From IMG/VR virus record IMGVR_UViG_3300048886_001068, positions 1 through 39,619 of that record: a DNA stretch of 39,619 nt. The stretch is one strand, 5' to 3'. This stretch comes from a virus (taxonomy: Duplodnaviria; Caudoviricetes). The notes under the pieces were generated by a model, which saw nothing but the letters and a program-made list of their open reading frames with translations, was not told where the DNA came from and did not search any database. Both the position numbers and the translations under genes were made by a program. This document shows, piece after piece, positions 1 to 11,000 of this stretch (within the stretch, counting starts at the first letter, position 1; each line of letters begins with the position of its first letter).

Positions 1-763
1 CATTATTTCTTGCTGCTCTTAGTCTTCCTTCCATTAATCCTAATTGATTAACTACATTCTCACCAGCCATTACCATATTCTCAAGAATTCTTTGTTTAAG
101 TGCATATTCATAATATTCATTACAATACGGATGATCAAGAACTAAAAGTTCTCCTGATCTATTTTCTAAGGCACCTTGATAACTAATATATACCTTTCCT
201 GAAGCAAAATTTGTAAGTAAATATCCATCTTTAATTTCAGCAATATCTGCTGATTGTACATTTATATTAGGACAATCACAAACTATTCCTGTAGTATTTG
301 CAATTCTTAATGGTAAAAATACAGTATACTCTCTAAACTTAGCTGGTCCAATATATTGAATAAGTGTGTATTCCTCTGTATCATCACATGTTTTAACAAC
401 ACATACATCTTTACATTCAGGATCATCACAAGGACCTGTATAACCCGGTGAGGGAACATATTTTGGTTGTGTAGTATCAACGTGTGTACCAGAAGGTGGA
501 GTTACATTTACAGTATAACTACCACAAATTGCTCCAAAATTCAAAACATAAAAATCATTAGGTAGTTTACCTTTATTATTTTCTACATCTATAATAGCGT
601 CATGCCATCTATGAATTTTTAATCCTAAATCATAATTAACTCTAGTAGCTACTTTAATTAATTGTTGAGGTTCTATCATCCCCTCAAGATTATAAGTATT
701 AAAATCTATTTTAACACTTTCTAAAAGTTCATCAAACTTTCTATATTTATGTGATACACTCAT
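1..763 (-). CDS. crAss-like tail ring / tail tubular-type structural protein (runs off the window edge; not in ORF track)
   Basis: Manual translation: ATG at 763 overlaps the upstream stop (TAATG); MSVSHKYRKFDELLESVKIDF...GYLLTNFASGKVYISYQG...LVLDHPYCNEYYEYALKQRILE, open to position 1. Motif style and position after the IHF-like and ring genes match crAss-like tail tubular proteins. Confidence 0.65.
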   Translation of the reverse strand, partial: MSVSHKYRKFDELLESVKIDFNTYNLEGMIEPQQLIKVATRVNYDLGLKIHRWHDAIIDVENNKGKLPNDFYVLNFGAICGSYTVNVTPPSGTHVDTTQPKYVPSPGYTGPCDDPECKDVCVVKTCDDTEEYTLIQYIGPAKFREYTVFLPLRIANTTGIVCDCPNINVQSADIAEIKDGYLLTNFASGKVYISYQGALENRSGELLVLDHPYCNEYYEYALKQRILENMVMAGENVVNQLGLMEGRLRAARNN

Positions 764-1431
764 TATCTATTTGGATTTATTTTATTATCAGAATCTTCAC
801 CAGGAATTTTTAATGTATTTAATAATATATTTAATATCTGTCCTTCTATTTCTGCAAATAAAAATTCTGGGATATAAAAATTTTGTAAATATCTAGGAAC
901 ACACTCATCCTCATCACAATTCCATGTTGAAACATCTCCTTCAAATACTCCTTCAAGCTTAATAGCATCCCATTCAATATTTGGAAAATAAAGATGATCA
1001 TTTAAAAACCAATAATACTTGGTAGTATTATATTTAAAAGTGGTAGTCTTTGTCATAGAAGTGTATGTAGCAGGTGTAGTTGGTTGAATCTCTTGAGAAC
1101 CATCAATAGATGAAACTGTTCTAATTAAAGGCCCCCAATAACCCTCCATAAATGTTGGCAATTTATCCTTAGTTCTTTTAATGGTGCAACCACTTAAAAT
1201 TCCAGTACATTGAGCTTCTATCTTATCTACCTCCTCAAGTTCCACAAAAGGAAGGGCTTGCCACACACTATTAAACTTCATTAGTTTATTAGCATGATCT
1301 TGCCTTCTCATATATAGCTGTCCATATTTAAGAATAAGGCTATAAATATATCTATCTGTCATAAAGGCATCCTGAACTTCTGCTTTTATTTGACCTCTAA
1401 TTCTTGATATTACTTCTCCTATCTTAGTCAT
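763..1431 (-). CDS. crAss-like ring/head-tail connector structural protein
   Basis: 222 aa; YYWFLNDHLYFPN...LEGVFE and C-terminal EDSDNK pattern resemble crAss-like ring proteins; synteny in the tail module. Confidence 0.55.
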   Translation of the reverse strand: MTKIGEVISRIRGQIKAEVQDAFMTDRYIYSLILKYGQLYMRRQDHANKLMKFNSVWQALPFVELEEVDKIEAQCTGILSGCTIKRTKDKLPTFMEGYWGPLIRTVSSIDGSQEIQPTTPATYTSMTKTTTFKYNTTKYYWFLNDHLYFPNIEWDAIKLEGVFEGDVSTWNCDEDECVPRYLQNFYIPEFLFAEIEGQILNILLNTLKIPGEDSDNKINPNR

Positions 1432-1436
1432 CTTGT

Positions 1437-1967
1437 TTATTTTTTATTTTTGACTATATCAGCTACTCTAATTTTACTTTGCATTCTTACGTACTTCTTC
1501 CACTGTTTAGGATATGTCTTTGCTACAGCTCTTTTAAACTGTCTAATTGCTATAAATTGCCATAACTCTCTAGTTTTAAATCTATACTTAGGAGAATAGT
1601 TTGTATAAAAAATCTTTCCAACATTACCATCTGTATCCCAATTTTTATTTTGAATTACTTTACCATATTGTTTTGACAACGCATAATCTACATTAACTTT
1701 TTTAGCTGCAGGACATGTCCCTATAAATAAATACCCTAATGAATCTGGTAACTCTACACCATCTCTACATGCTATAATATTTTCCCATATTTTACCATTA
1801 AACACTTTAACAACACTTTTTAATTTATTGTTATCTATACTAGAATATGCAGGGTGTTTATCTTTAAACTTCTGTAATACTTTAGAATTTAATAAACTTA
1901 AAACTTTCTCTCTGTATCTAGCTTTACTTAAATCTGGAGCCTTATAGTTATTTATCATATTCCTCAC
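1437..1967 (-). CDS. IHF/HU-like DNA-binding protein (crAss-like IHF family)
   Basis: Basic 176 aa protein with GVELPDSLGYLFIG, resembling the HU/IHF 'V.l..fG.f' strand; located just before ring/tail genes as in crAss-like phages. Start may be GTG 1967 or ATG 1958. Confidence 0.55.
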   Translation of the reverse strand: MRNMINNYKAPDLSKARYREKVLSLLNSKVLQKFKDKHPAYSSIDNNKLKSVVKVFNGKIWENIIACRDGVELPDSLGYLFIGTCPAAKKVNVDYALSKQYGKVIQNKNWDTDGNVGKIFYTNYSPKYRFKTRELWQFIAIRQFKRAVAKTYPKQWKKYVRMQSKIRVADIVKNKK

Positions 1968-1970
1968 ACT

Positions 1971-1978
1971 ATAATTTA
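1971..1978 (-). promoter_or_regulatory. putative -7 promoter element, TAAATTAT variant
   Basis: Minus strand TTTTTGTAAATTAT, 3 nt before the GTG at 1967; same family as the motifs at 5020, 12944, 14369, 19308 and 36335. Confidence 0.45.
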
Positions 1979-2003
1979 CAAAAAATTAGGGAGTTATAAA
2001 AGT

Positions 2004-3185
2004 TTATTCGGGAGAATAAGTAAGTTCACATATTTCCCCTTTATTTGGACTATGTAGTGATAATACTCCTGATCTTCTAGAGCCAATGAATTTATTATGA
2101 TAATGCCAATAATCTGTCTTTGATAAACTAGGTAATATCTTTAACATAAATCCTGTATTTTCACTTGTTGTTATATACTCAATCTTCTTCTTATGATGTA
2201 AATGTCCTGTATATAAAGTTCTATATAAAGTTTTACCCCATTCTTTTGGATATTCCATTGAATATACTAATAAAGAATTCTTTGTATTAACTTCCCCATG
2301 TTCAAAAGCAAAGAAATTATCTCCATATATAAATACTTTTCTTTCAAGATATACTACATCCCATAGTATATTTGGATCTTTAAAACATTTTGATAGAGCA
2401 TGAGCTAGATGAAAAGATGATAATCTGTCATGATTTCCTGGAATATATATTATTTGTAATTCATCACAAAATTGTTTAAGATAATTTATACTCCATTGTA
2501 TTGCATCAAATGCTTGCATATAAGCATCTGTAGCTGTCATACAGTTATCTAATGGTGTTCCACTAGTGGTGGTACCACTCCATGTATCCATGTTGATTAA
2601 ATCACCTCCTATGACATAATATAATTTTTCTAGATGATGAGAATTTGTAGATCTTTCTGTAAGATCTATTATTGTTTCCTCAAAGTCTTTATCTATAGTT
2701 TCATTACCTTCTTTACCAAAATGTATATCCTGTAATGACAAAACTCCAGCTGTCTTTACTTTACCTGGAGTTTTTATTCTTTTTACTAAATTATGTTTCT
2801 TTGGTTGAAAGTTTTTTAATAATTCTGCTACATCATCAATTTCATTATCTTTTATCTTTGTAACCATTGCAGATACTCTCCAATGATCCCCCATTTGTTT
2901 ATTCCAATAACTAGATAATCTCCATTGAGTAATATCAATATTGAGTATCTTAATTATTTCTTCAGGTGATTTTGCTTCAGAAGAACTTATTGTCTCCATT
3001 TTTGCCTCACCTTTTTCTAGATTATACTCATATGAAGTAGATCCTTCTTCTACTAATTCTTTAGATCTTATATAATCTTTTAACGAGATATAATCATTTA
3101 TTGTGATTCCTAATCTCTCTGCACAATATTCAGAGCTTTTTTTCCATTTAATTGAAGCTTTAATTTTTTCTAATAGAGAATCCAT
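2004..3185 (-). CDS. calcineurin-like metallophosphoesterase with N-terminal putative HTH
   Basis: All five MPP motifs: DIHFG, GGDLIN, PGNHD, EHG, GHLHH; N-terminal CAERLGIT resembles an HTH. Confidence 0.85.
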   Translation of the reverse strand: MDSLLEKIKASIKWKKSSEYCAERLGITINDYISLKDYIRSKELVEEGSTSYEYNLEKGEAKMETISSSEAKSPEEIIKILNIDITQWRLSSYWNKQMGDHWRVSAMVTKIKDNEIDDVAELLKNFQPKKHNLVKRIKTPGKVKTAGVLSLQDIHFGKEGNETIDKDFEETIIDLTERSTNSHHLEKLYYVIGGDLINMDTWSGTTTSGTPLDNCMTATDAYMQAFDAIQWSINYLKQFCDELQIIYIPGNHDRLSSFHLAHALSKCFKDPNILWDVVYLERKVFIYGDNFFAFEHGEVNTKNSLLVYSMEYPKEWGKTLYRTLYTGHLHHKKKIEYITTSENTGFMLKILPSLSKTDYWHYHNKFIGSRRSGVLSLHSPNKGEICELTYSPE

Positions 3186-3210
3186 TTATTTATTTTTTGG
3201 TTATACGGTA

Positions 3211-3218
3211 CAAAGATA
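3211..3218 (-). promoter_or_regulatory. Bacteroidota housekeeping-type -7 promoter element (TATCTTTG)
   Basis: Exact TAnnTTTG 25 nt upstream of the phosphoesterase ATG, just downstream of a terminator. Confidence 0.6.
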
Positions 3219-3234
3219 ATAAAAAAATGTTAAT

Positions 3235-3269
3235 AAAAAAAGAGGCCCTGTGTTAACGCAGAGCCTCTT
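3235..3269 (-). terminator. intrinsic terminator
   Basis: Minus strand AGAGGCTCTGCG-TTAA-CACAGGGCCTCT followed by a T run. Confidence 0.8.
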
Positions 3270-3318
3270 ACAATTAAGTTTAGGAAAACCAATAAACCTT
3301 CACTTTCTTGTTTTATTT

Positions 3319-3852
3319 TTACAATGTTGAAGCATATATTGATACTGAAGGACATGTAGTTCCAACAGGTTCAATGCTAAACATATATTGTGTAGCAGGT
3401 AATAAACTAGTTACATTATAAGAAATTGCAGTTGTAGCTAATGCAGGAGTTATATCTGTCCATCCTGGATCTGAAGGTGCTTTCATTCTCACCATTAAAC
3501 CTGTTCCACTTCCTGTATATGTATCCCAATTTAAATGTATTGTAGTAGTTGTTATTGGACCTGTTAATAAATTATGTACCATATCAGTTACACATGCAGG
3601 ATTAGACATAAATATTGCTATTTGTTGTAATATACCAGAAAGTCTATCTCCATGATCTATTACAAAATTATTACCTCCAATATCTACTTCAAAAGTTGGT
3701 CCACAATATGAAACACAATCTGCACAATAAATTTCACTACAAGGTTCACCTGAAGGACAATCTGCTCCACTATAACTACATGGTGTTGCAAGAGCATGAT
3801 CTGCACAACCACATTTTAATTTATTACAATTACTACATATTGCACAACCCAT
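3319..3852 (-). CDS. Cys-rich virion protein with C-terminal fibronectin type III domain
   Basis: N-terminal Cys cluster; ITTTTIHLNW...YNVTSLLPATQYMFSI is a typical FN3 signature. Confidence 0.7.
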   Translation of the reverse strand: MGCAICSNCNKLKCGCADHALATPCSYSGADCPSGEPCSEIYCADCVSYCGPTFEVDIGGNNFVIDHGDRLSGILQQIAIFMSNPACVTDMVHNLLTGPITTTTIHLNWDTYTGSGTGLMVRMKAPSDPGWTDITPALATTAISYNVTSLLPATQYMFSIEPVGTTCPSVSIYASTL

Positions 3853-3882
3853 TTTATATTATTTTTTTATTATTATTTATTT

Positions 3883-4989
3883 TTAACATGGGAAAACTAC
3901 TGTTATATTAATCCAATGAGGAACTGTTGTACTATATTCTGCATTCTCTACAGTTCCTGGACATTGTGACCACCAAGTTCCATTTTCTAATTCTGTTCCA
4001 GGAATAGCATAAGGAGCAGTATATGCTGGTACAGTAGGATCAAATTGAACTCCTGTAGTATTCCATATATCTGTACAAGTTGGACCTGCTGCAGCATTAA
4101 CATTAGCATTAGCACAAGTATTACCTTGTGCATAGAAAATACTAGTAGAACCCATTCTAGTTAAATATGTAGTTTGTTCACAACATGTATCTTGAATATC
4201 TTTAATAGCATCTCTTGCATCTGCCATAACAGCCCATAAATTATGTACACTGTCAGCAATATTCTTAGGATTAACTATTAATGGTATACTAAATGTTGCA
4301 GCTGCTAATGGAGATTGTACAGAAGGCTGTGTAGCAACAGCAGTATATAAAGCTGCTGCAATTCCTGTAGCATTTCTTTGATCAACTACTGCCTTATCTA
4401 ATGCTTTTGTTATAATAACTTCATCTACCAATCCATCTGAACTTACTACACCACTAGAATATAATTTTGGATTTGGTTCTCCTTTTGGGATGGCTCTTAA
4501 TTCTGCTATACCTTCATTTGATCCATTAATCGCAGCTTGTAGATTCTCCAATGTTGTGTTAGTAGAACAACAACACTCCATTAAATCAGATAAAATTACA
4601 TCAAGTGTAGAACTTAAACCAGAGTAATTATTTAATGCTTTAAAACATTCAGGTACATCAAAATTACATTTTTTTACTTCTTCACAACTAAAATCTCCTC
4701 CACCACCATTGAGAATATTAGTTATTATTAACTGTATTAATTCTTCTAATGTAGTAGCAGGTCCCCCAGTAAGAGTTGATTGATCAATATTCTCTATATT
4801 AAATACCGTTCCACCATTTGGATCACAACAATTCTGAAGTATAACTAATTGGTCACATAATGCTGCAAGAACAGCACTAATAGAGTCTCCATTACATATA
4901 TCTACACAAGGTAAATCTGGACCTTGCCAAATTACACAGTTAGAAGAAATTGCATCACATCCTGTAGGAGGGGTATTAATAGGTATCAT
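3883..4989 (-). CDS. Cys-rich putative tail fibre/virion protein
   Basis: 368 aa; N-terminal CDAISSNCVIWQGP...GDSISAVL motif, coiled-coil segments ending in CC pairs; in the structural operon. Confidence 0.5.
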   Translation of the reverse strand: MIPINTPPTGCDAISSNCVIWQGPDLPCVDICNGDSISAVLAALCDQLVILQNCCDPNGGTVFNIENIDQSTLTGGPATTLEELIQLIITNILNGGGGDFSCEEVKKCNFDVPECFKALNNYSGLSSTLDVILSDLMECCCSTNTTLENLQAAINGSNEGIAELRAIPKGEPNPKLYSSGVVSSDGLVDEVIITKALDKAVVDQRNATGIAAALYTAVATQPSVQSPLAAATFSIPLIVNPKNIADSVHNLWAVMADARDAIKDIQDTCCEQTTYLTRMGSTSIFYAQGNTCANANVNAAAGPTCTDIWNTTGVQFDPTVPAYTAPYAIPGTELENGTWWSQCPGTVENAEYSTTVPHWINITVVFPC

Positions 4990-5019
4990 ATCTTATTTCT
5001 TTTTTCAATACTTTATATT

Positions 5020-5050
5020 ATAATATACAAAACATTTGTATCTTTCACAA
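5020..5050 (-). promoter_or_regulatory. putative late promoter TTG-N20-TATATTAT
   Basis: TTG at 5050-5048, 20-nt spacer, TATATTAT at 5027-5020, upstream of the 368-aa gene. Confidence 0.5.
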
Positions 5051-5069
5051 TTATTTATATGGTTATTTG

Positions 5070-8000
5070 CTAAATACAACTATCACAATTAGCATTATTA
5101 TTTCTACAATCAAGACATGATGGATCTCCAATAACTGGATATAAATCTTCTTTACAATTAAATTGTAACACGCTATCACAATTATTACTCAAAGCCCCTG
5201 TACAACAACCACAATCCATAGTTCCAAATCCAATTTGAAAAGTTGGCTCATTTGTTAGAATTGTATTTATTACAGTATCAAAATCCATACTAAGATCTAT
5301 AAGTGGATTGGTCGTGCCATCAAATCCTTCATTAAGCTCTAACCAATTTATAAAATTAGCCCAAGTACCATTTGGACCCGTTTGATATATTGCTCCACCA
5401 CCGTGTGTAAGCGAAATCCCAGTAAGTTGATCTTTTCTAGCATAGAGAGTGGAAGATGTAAATGCAGGACCAGTTATCCCACTACCAGCAGGATACATCA
5501 TACTATTTATTTGAGCTTCTGATGCTTCACAAGTATTATTGCTCATATTTATATTTTCTGGCACACCATCAGCATTTGGAGTCTCTGACCAAAAATAATT
5601 ATCACCTATTTCCATATACTGAAGACCATTAAGTGGATCAGCAATCGTCTTCCATATTAAACTAGCAGTTACAGTTGCAGAATTTGTAGCATCAATCCAC
5701 ATTGGACCTAAATTAGTATGATAGGTTACTGGAGCTGATATAGCAGAATCAATTAGACCACCTCTCCATTGGCTAGTAGCCCAAGTATCAGGAACAGCTG
5801 CAGGATTAGGAAAATAATTACCAGTTACATCCATTGTTGACCAATCCTTACGATAGAATCCTTGACTATTAACTCCCTTACACGAATCAACTTGCCAAGG
5901 TTCAACATTACACTGCCAACTAGATTTACAGCAATTTGGAATTATAGGATTAAAACATTCAGACTGACTATTATATGTTCCTGTAGGGTCTGTTATACAA
6001 GTACAATCTGACCAAATTCCATTACAGACACAAGTACCAGCATAAAAAGTTACATGGTCAGCACTCTCATTAAATAGTTTCTGTCTAATTGTAGGAAGAT
6101 CATCAGTCATAGTAACATTACCTAGTCCTGCAAATATTATAGCAGCTCTAAAATCATCAGCAGTAGTTTGTAGTCCTGTAGCAAAAGAACTAGGCGGTTT
6201 TACTTCAATCTGGAGGACATAATATCTTATATAACTTGTATATGTAGGATCCCAACATGGACTATTAGGGGTAGCAAGATTATCTAAGTAAAAATGATCA
6301 TCAAAAACCAAAGCACCATTACCAGTCTCAAAGAACCATTCTGTTGTACAAGGAGTAGCAAATGGAGCTGGTGTGTTTGGTGAATTAGGCGGTGCTCCAC
6401 AATATGGTGGTCCAGTATTTTGTACAGTTGTATTCCACATTACAGGATCCGCTGGATCATTATTCCAAAACATCTGTGTTTTTGTATCACAACTATTAGT
6501 TCCAGTAAAAGTTCCAGGTTCACATTTCCATTTCTCACAAGATCCATCATCTACTGAAGCACCAGCATTATAACATGGATCAAGAGGATTCATACAACCA
6601 CAAGTAAAACAACTACCATCATCACATTGTGCATCTGGATCATAATTACATCGTACATATCCTGTAGGAGTATTTGTAAGACCAGTACAATCATATGCAA
6701 AACCATCACTAGTACAATATGGTCCTGTTCCTCCTGGACCAGTTCTTCCACAAGTTCCGTCTGCATCACAACCATTTATATCAGGATTTAGAGCAAATAA
6801 ACTACCTCCAGTATAATCTTCACCATCAGTACAACCACACTCACCACAACAATTAGAGGCATTATTACATGCATCTTCATCTACATGATATGGACCTCCT
6901 GATGTTTTTAATGGATCTTCTACACAATCACAAATTGATTCTTCACAATTACAATCTCCTATACTTTCTTTTATTCCTGAATAAGTTCTCATTATAGGCC
7001 ATGTTGCAGAAGGTGGATTAGGATGAGCAGCAGCTATCCAATATTTTCCCCAATGTGTTGTAAGATCTATACCATTTGGTCCCCATGAAGTATTAGTTGA
7101 TAATGGATGATTTAAGAAAGTGCTTCCCCACGTATAAGTAGTACCATCTAATGGATATCCAAATAAATCCCAATAAGTATCTGTAGCATTAAAATTAGGT
7201 AATCCTAACCCTGCTAAAACACCTGTACTATTTGCCCAACTTATAAAGTTATCTACACCAGAAGACCAACTTGGCCAGGTAGCATTATAGCATCCACCAC
7301 ATGACGTATTAGACCAAGCTGTCATTGCAGCACACCAATTATTAGGCATAACAGTGCCAAGTATAGTTGCACCACAGTTACCACCACCTGAATAATTACC
7401 ATGTATATTACCAAAAAATGAACCACATTCAGTAGTGCCAGAAGGAATACTAGCAGGATTATCTTCTTTACATCTAGGAATAGGATATCCACTAGAACTA
7501 TCACATTCCCAACCAAAATAATTAGAAATATCTTCACCTATCCAACTCGTACCATTATTATTATTTAGTGAATCTGAATAATAACCAAGTCTTTGCTGCC
7601 TAAAACCACCAGGATAAGGATTAGCATCACTATGACCTTGAGTAGGAGCATAAAAATGATCATCAGCTAATCCATCATCTATACATCCATTAACAGGACT
7701 ACCTGTTACCCATTCACAAGCACAATAAGCACCTCCACCCCCACCAAGAATCCAATCCTCATTTGCTGTAAATAATAGATCCTTAACATTTTGAAAAGTC
7801 ATTGTTGTAGAATCAAGAACTTCTCCTGTATAATCTTCTAAACCTAATACTACTTCATGCCATGTGCTATCACGTAAAGGCATAAAAGAATTAGTTGTAC
7901 TATGATATACTTGAACACCAGCATCAGTAAGGAAAAAATATGCATACTTATTATCAAACATAGAAGCATCAGGATCAGTATGGGGTACTGATGCATTATA

Positions 8001-11000
8001 ATGACTTCTTCCTCCACAATCACAAGCATTTGCAGATGGAGCAGCACCTCCATGAGAAGCAATTGCATTACACCACTGAAGTGTCCAAAAATCTGTATTT
8101 ACAAAACCATTAGAAAATGTAGTATAATACTCTACCCTGCCTGATGTTCCACCACCATAAAATGCTAAAGTAGGAGCTATATCTATCCTTTCAACACAAC
8201 TCTCTCTATATACTTGTGAATTACATACCCAATAATATTGGCAACACTCACCAGCACCAGGTCCATCACAAGCTGGAATAGATGTTGTTGTACATCCTGG
8301 ATTGCTTCCATCACAATCACAATTAGCTGCATTATCATAATTAACTGCTAGTGGATCTTGACAACCATAAACACAGTAATTACAACATGTAGCATAATTA
8401 GTACCTCCTGGTATACAAAGACAATCTGCAGTAGGTGCTTGAGCAGGAGTTGTCATTTCTAATCCTGTATCTGCACAAATTGCATAAGTAGTATTTATTC
8501 CTGTTAAATCTATACAACCAGCATATAAACATAATCCATTATCTAAATTAGCTGTAGCATCATAATTACATGCACAAACATCCATGCATCCATATCTACT
8601 TAATGGCTGACTAATAAATATTGTTATTACTTCTGTACAACCTTCAGAATCCATTACTATTATGGTATAAACACCTGGTCCCAATCCTGTTGCAGAAGAT
8701 ACATTTCCTGGATCAACAAATCCACCCCAACTAGAATTCCAACCATATGTATAAGGTAATATACCACCAGTTGCAGTTATAGTAATTGTTCCATTATCAA
8801 TACCAAGATCTGCATCTGTATGTACTTCTGTAACAATGAAAGAACCACAATACATGCAAGAACCATCATCTACATTTGCTAAAGAACTATAATTACTTGC
8901 AAGAGGATCAGTACATCCCATTAATATTGGTGCTTCAGGAATTATTATTTCTGGTGGACATGCATCAAATATATCATCACAACATACAGCTGGACATTCT
9001 TCTGTAACAGTTATTTTTATTTTTTGTTGTCTACAATCACCTTCAGATGTAAGACACCAACATAAATTAAGTATATGTTGAGTATCTACTGAAGCATTAG
9101 GAATTACTATATGAAAACGACCATACTCATCAGTTGTACCAAGATTTGCACCATCTAAGATTATATCATAATCTTCAACAGCAACTCCATTCTGATTGAC
9201 TACAGTTATATACCAACACTCAGAATCATCACATTCCCATCCTTCTGACTCCCAAAATACTTCTATATCAGTTGTAAAAGTTTCTTGTGTAAAAGGTGCC
9301 ATAGAAACATTAGTTCCCCATCCATAATTATCTAATCCACCATAACCATAAGTAGAAGGAGAACCTGCACTAAAAGGAGGAAGAATGTTAGGAGCTATAG
9401 GGGTATAATAAGGATTAACTCTTACATGTCCTACATAATTTTCAATAGCACACATTTTAACACCTATACCATTAGCTCCTCCCATTCCAGGAGAACAATG
9501 TGGTGCTGTACCTTGTGTAAAAGTTCCATCTTTAACAGTTTGATTACCACTTGAAATAGCACCTAAAACATGTAATGAAAATGGTTTGTGTCCATTCCAA
9601 ATAGTATTAGGTTTAGAAGGATATACAAAGAAACTTGCATTATGATCAGCTGATTGACCTATCCAATTTGTGTATGCACTTACAAATGCATTATAATCAC
9701 CTTTCCAAACAAATCCTACTTCAGAATCTGATCCATCTGTAAGTGTACCCAATCCATCTGTTGCATTATACCACTTTGTACTTGTATTGGTACCTGAAAC
9801 ATGATATAATGAAGGAGATGCTGGATTTTGTCCAGCCTTACCATTATTTGCTTCATCAGTAAAACATATAACCAAAAGACATTTTGAAGTTGATGCAGGT
9901 GGAGGACCTAATAATGTAATATCAGTAAAATTTGTTCCTTGACCAATATCACCAGCTTGTTTACCACCATACATTGTTATACCATTAACATCTGCCCATT
10001 GATGAATCTGCCAAAATAAATTATTTGGAAGATTATCAACAAGAGGAGTATACATATTGGAAGGACCAAAAGGAGATACATAATTATCCCATGAACCTGT
10101 CATAGCACAACTAGCCCAATCTAACCAACGTTCTCTAGTTTGTGCTGAATGAAATTCATTTCCTGTAAATCCTAAACCGGTTAACCAAACTTGTGTAGCA
10201 TCATATGCATCTTCAACTTCAGCATCACCCAATGAACTTGTATCATAGAAGAAATACAAATCACAATTAGCCGCCTGAGAATCAGAAAGTCCACATAATT
10301 CTGTTACCCAAGTAGGTTTATATGGATCATCTGGATTAGGTTGATCATCAACAATAGGATAATCATATGTAGCTTCTTCTTTAAGATCTGCTCTAAGATA
10401 TGAAGGTAGTTTTCCATCTTCCCAATCACATAATCCTTTTTCATTTAAATGATTTTGGTAATCAGATCCACAACAATTACCAATTCCATATCTTAAGGAT
10501 TTATATTTTTTATATACATCATCAGCAAAACTACATTCTATTTCAATCTTTCTGATAACATAATCTGTTTTATCTGGTTTCTTTTCTCTTTTACACGGTG
10601 TATCCTCATATAAACATGGATTAGAAACATCAGTAGCTGAAACTTGATTTACAGTAGCTGTAGGATCATAATTATCTGCATTAGGATCAGTACAGCCATA
10701 TACAATAGTAATACAAGTACCATTATCACAAGTAGCTAAAGGATCATAATTAAGTGACGTAGAATCCATACAACCATAAACACAAGGAAGACAACAGTCA
10801 TTAGGTGTACCTCCATCACAAGGTTCGCATGCATCAGGATCATAATTAGATGATCCAGGATCTGTACAACCCTCACATGGAACACTAGTACAACATGAGC
10901 CATCATCATAGGTAGCTGCAGCATCATAATTACATGCTGCTATATCTGTACAACCAGGAGTACCTGCACACATTGCACAATCACCAGCTATATATGTTAC

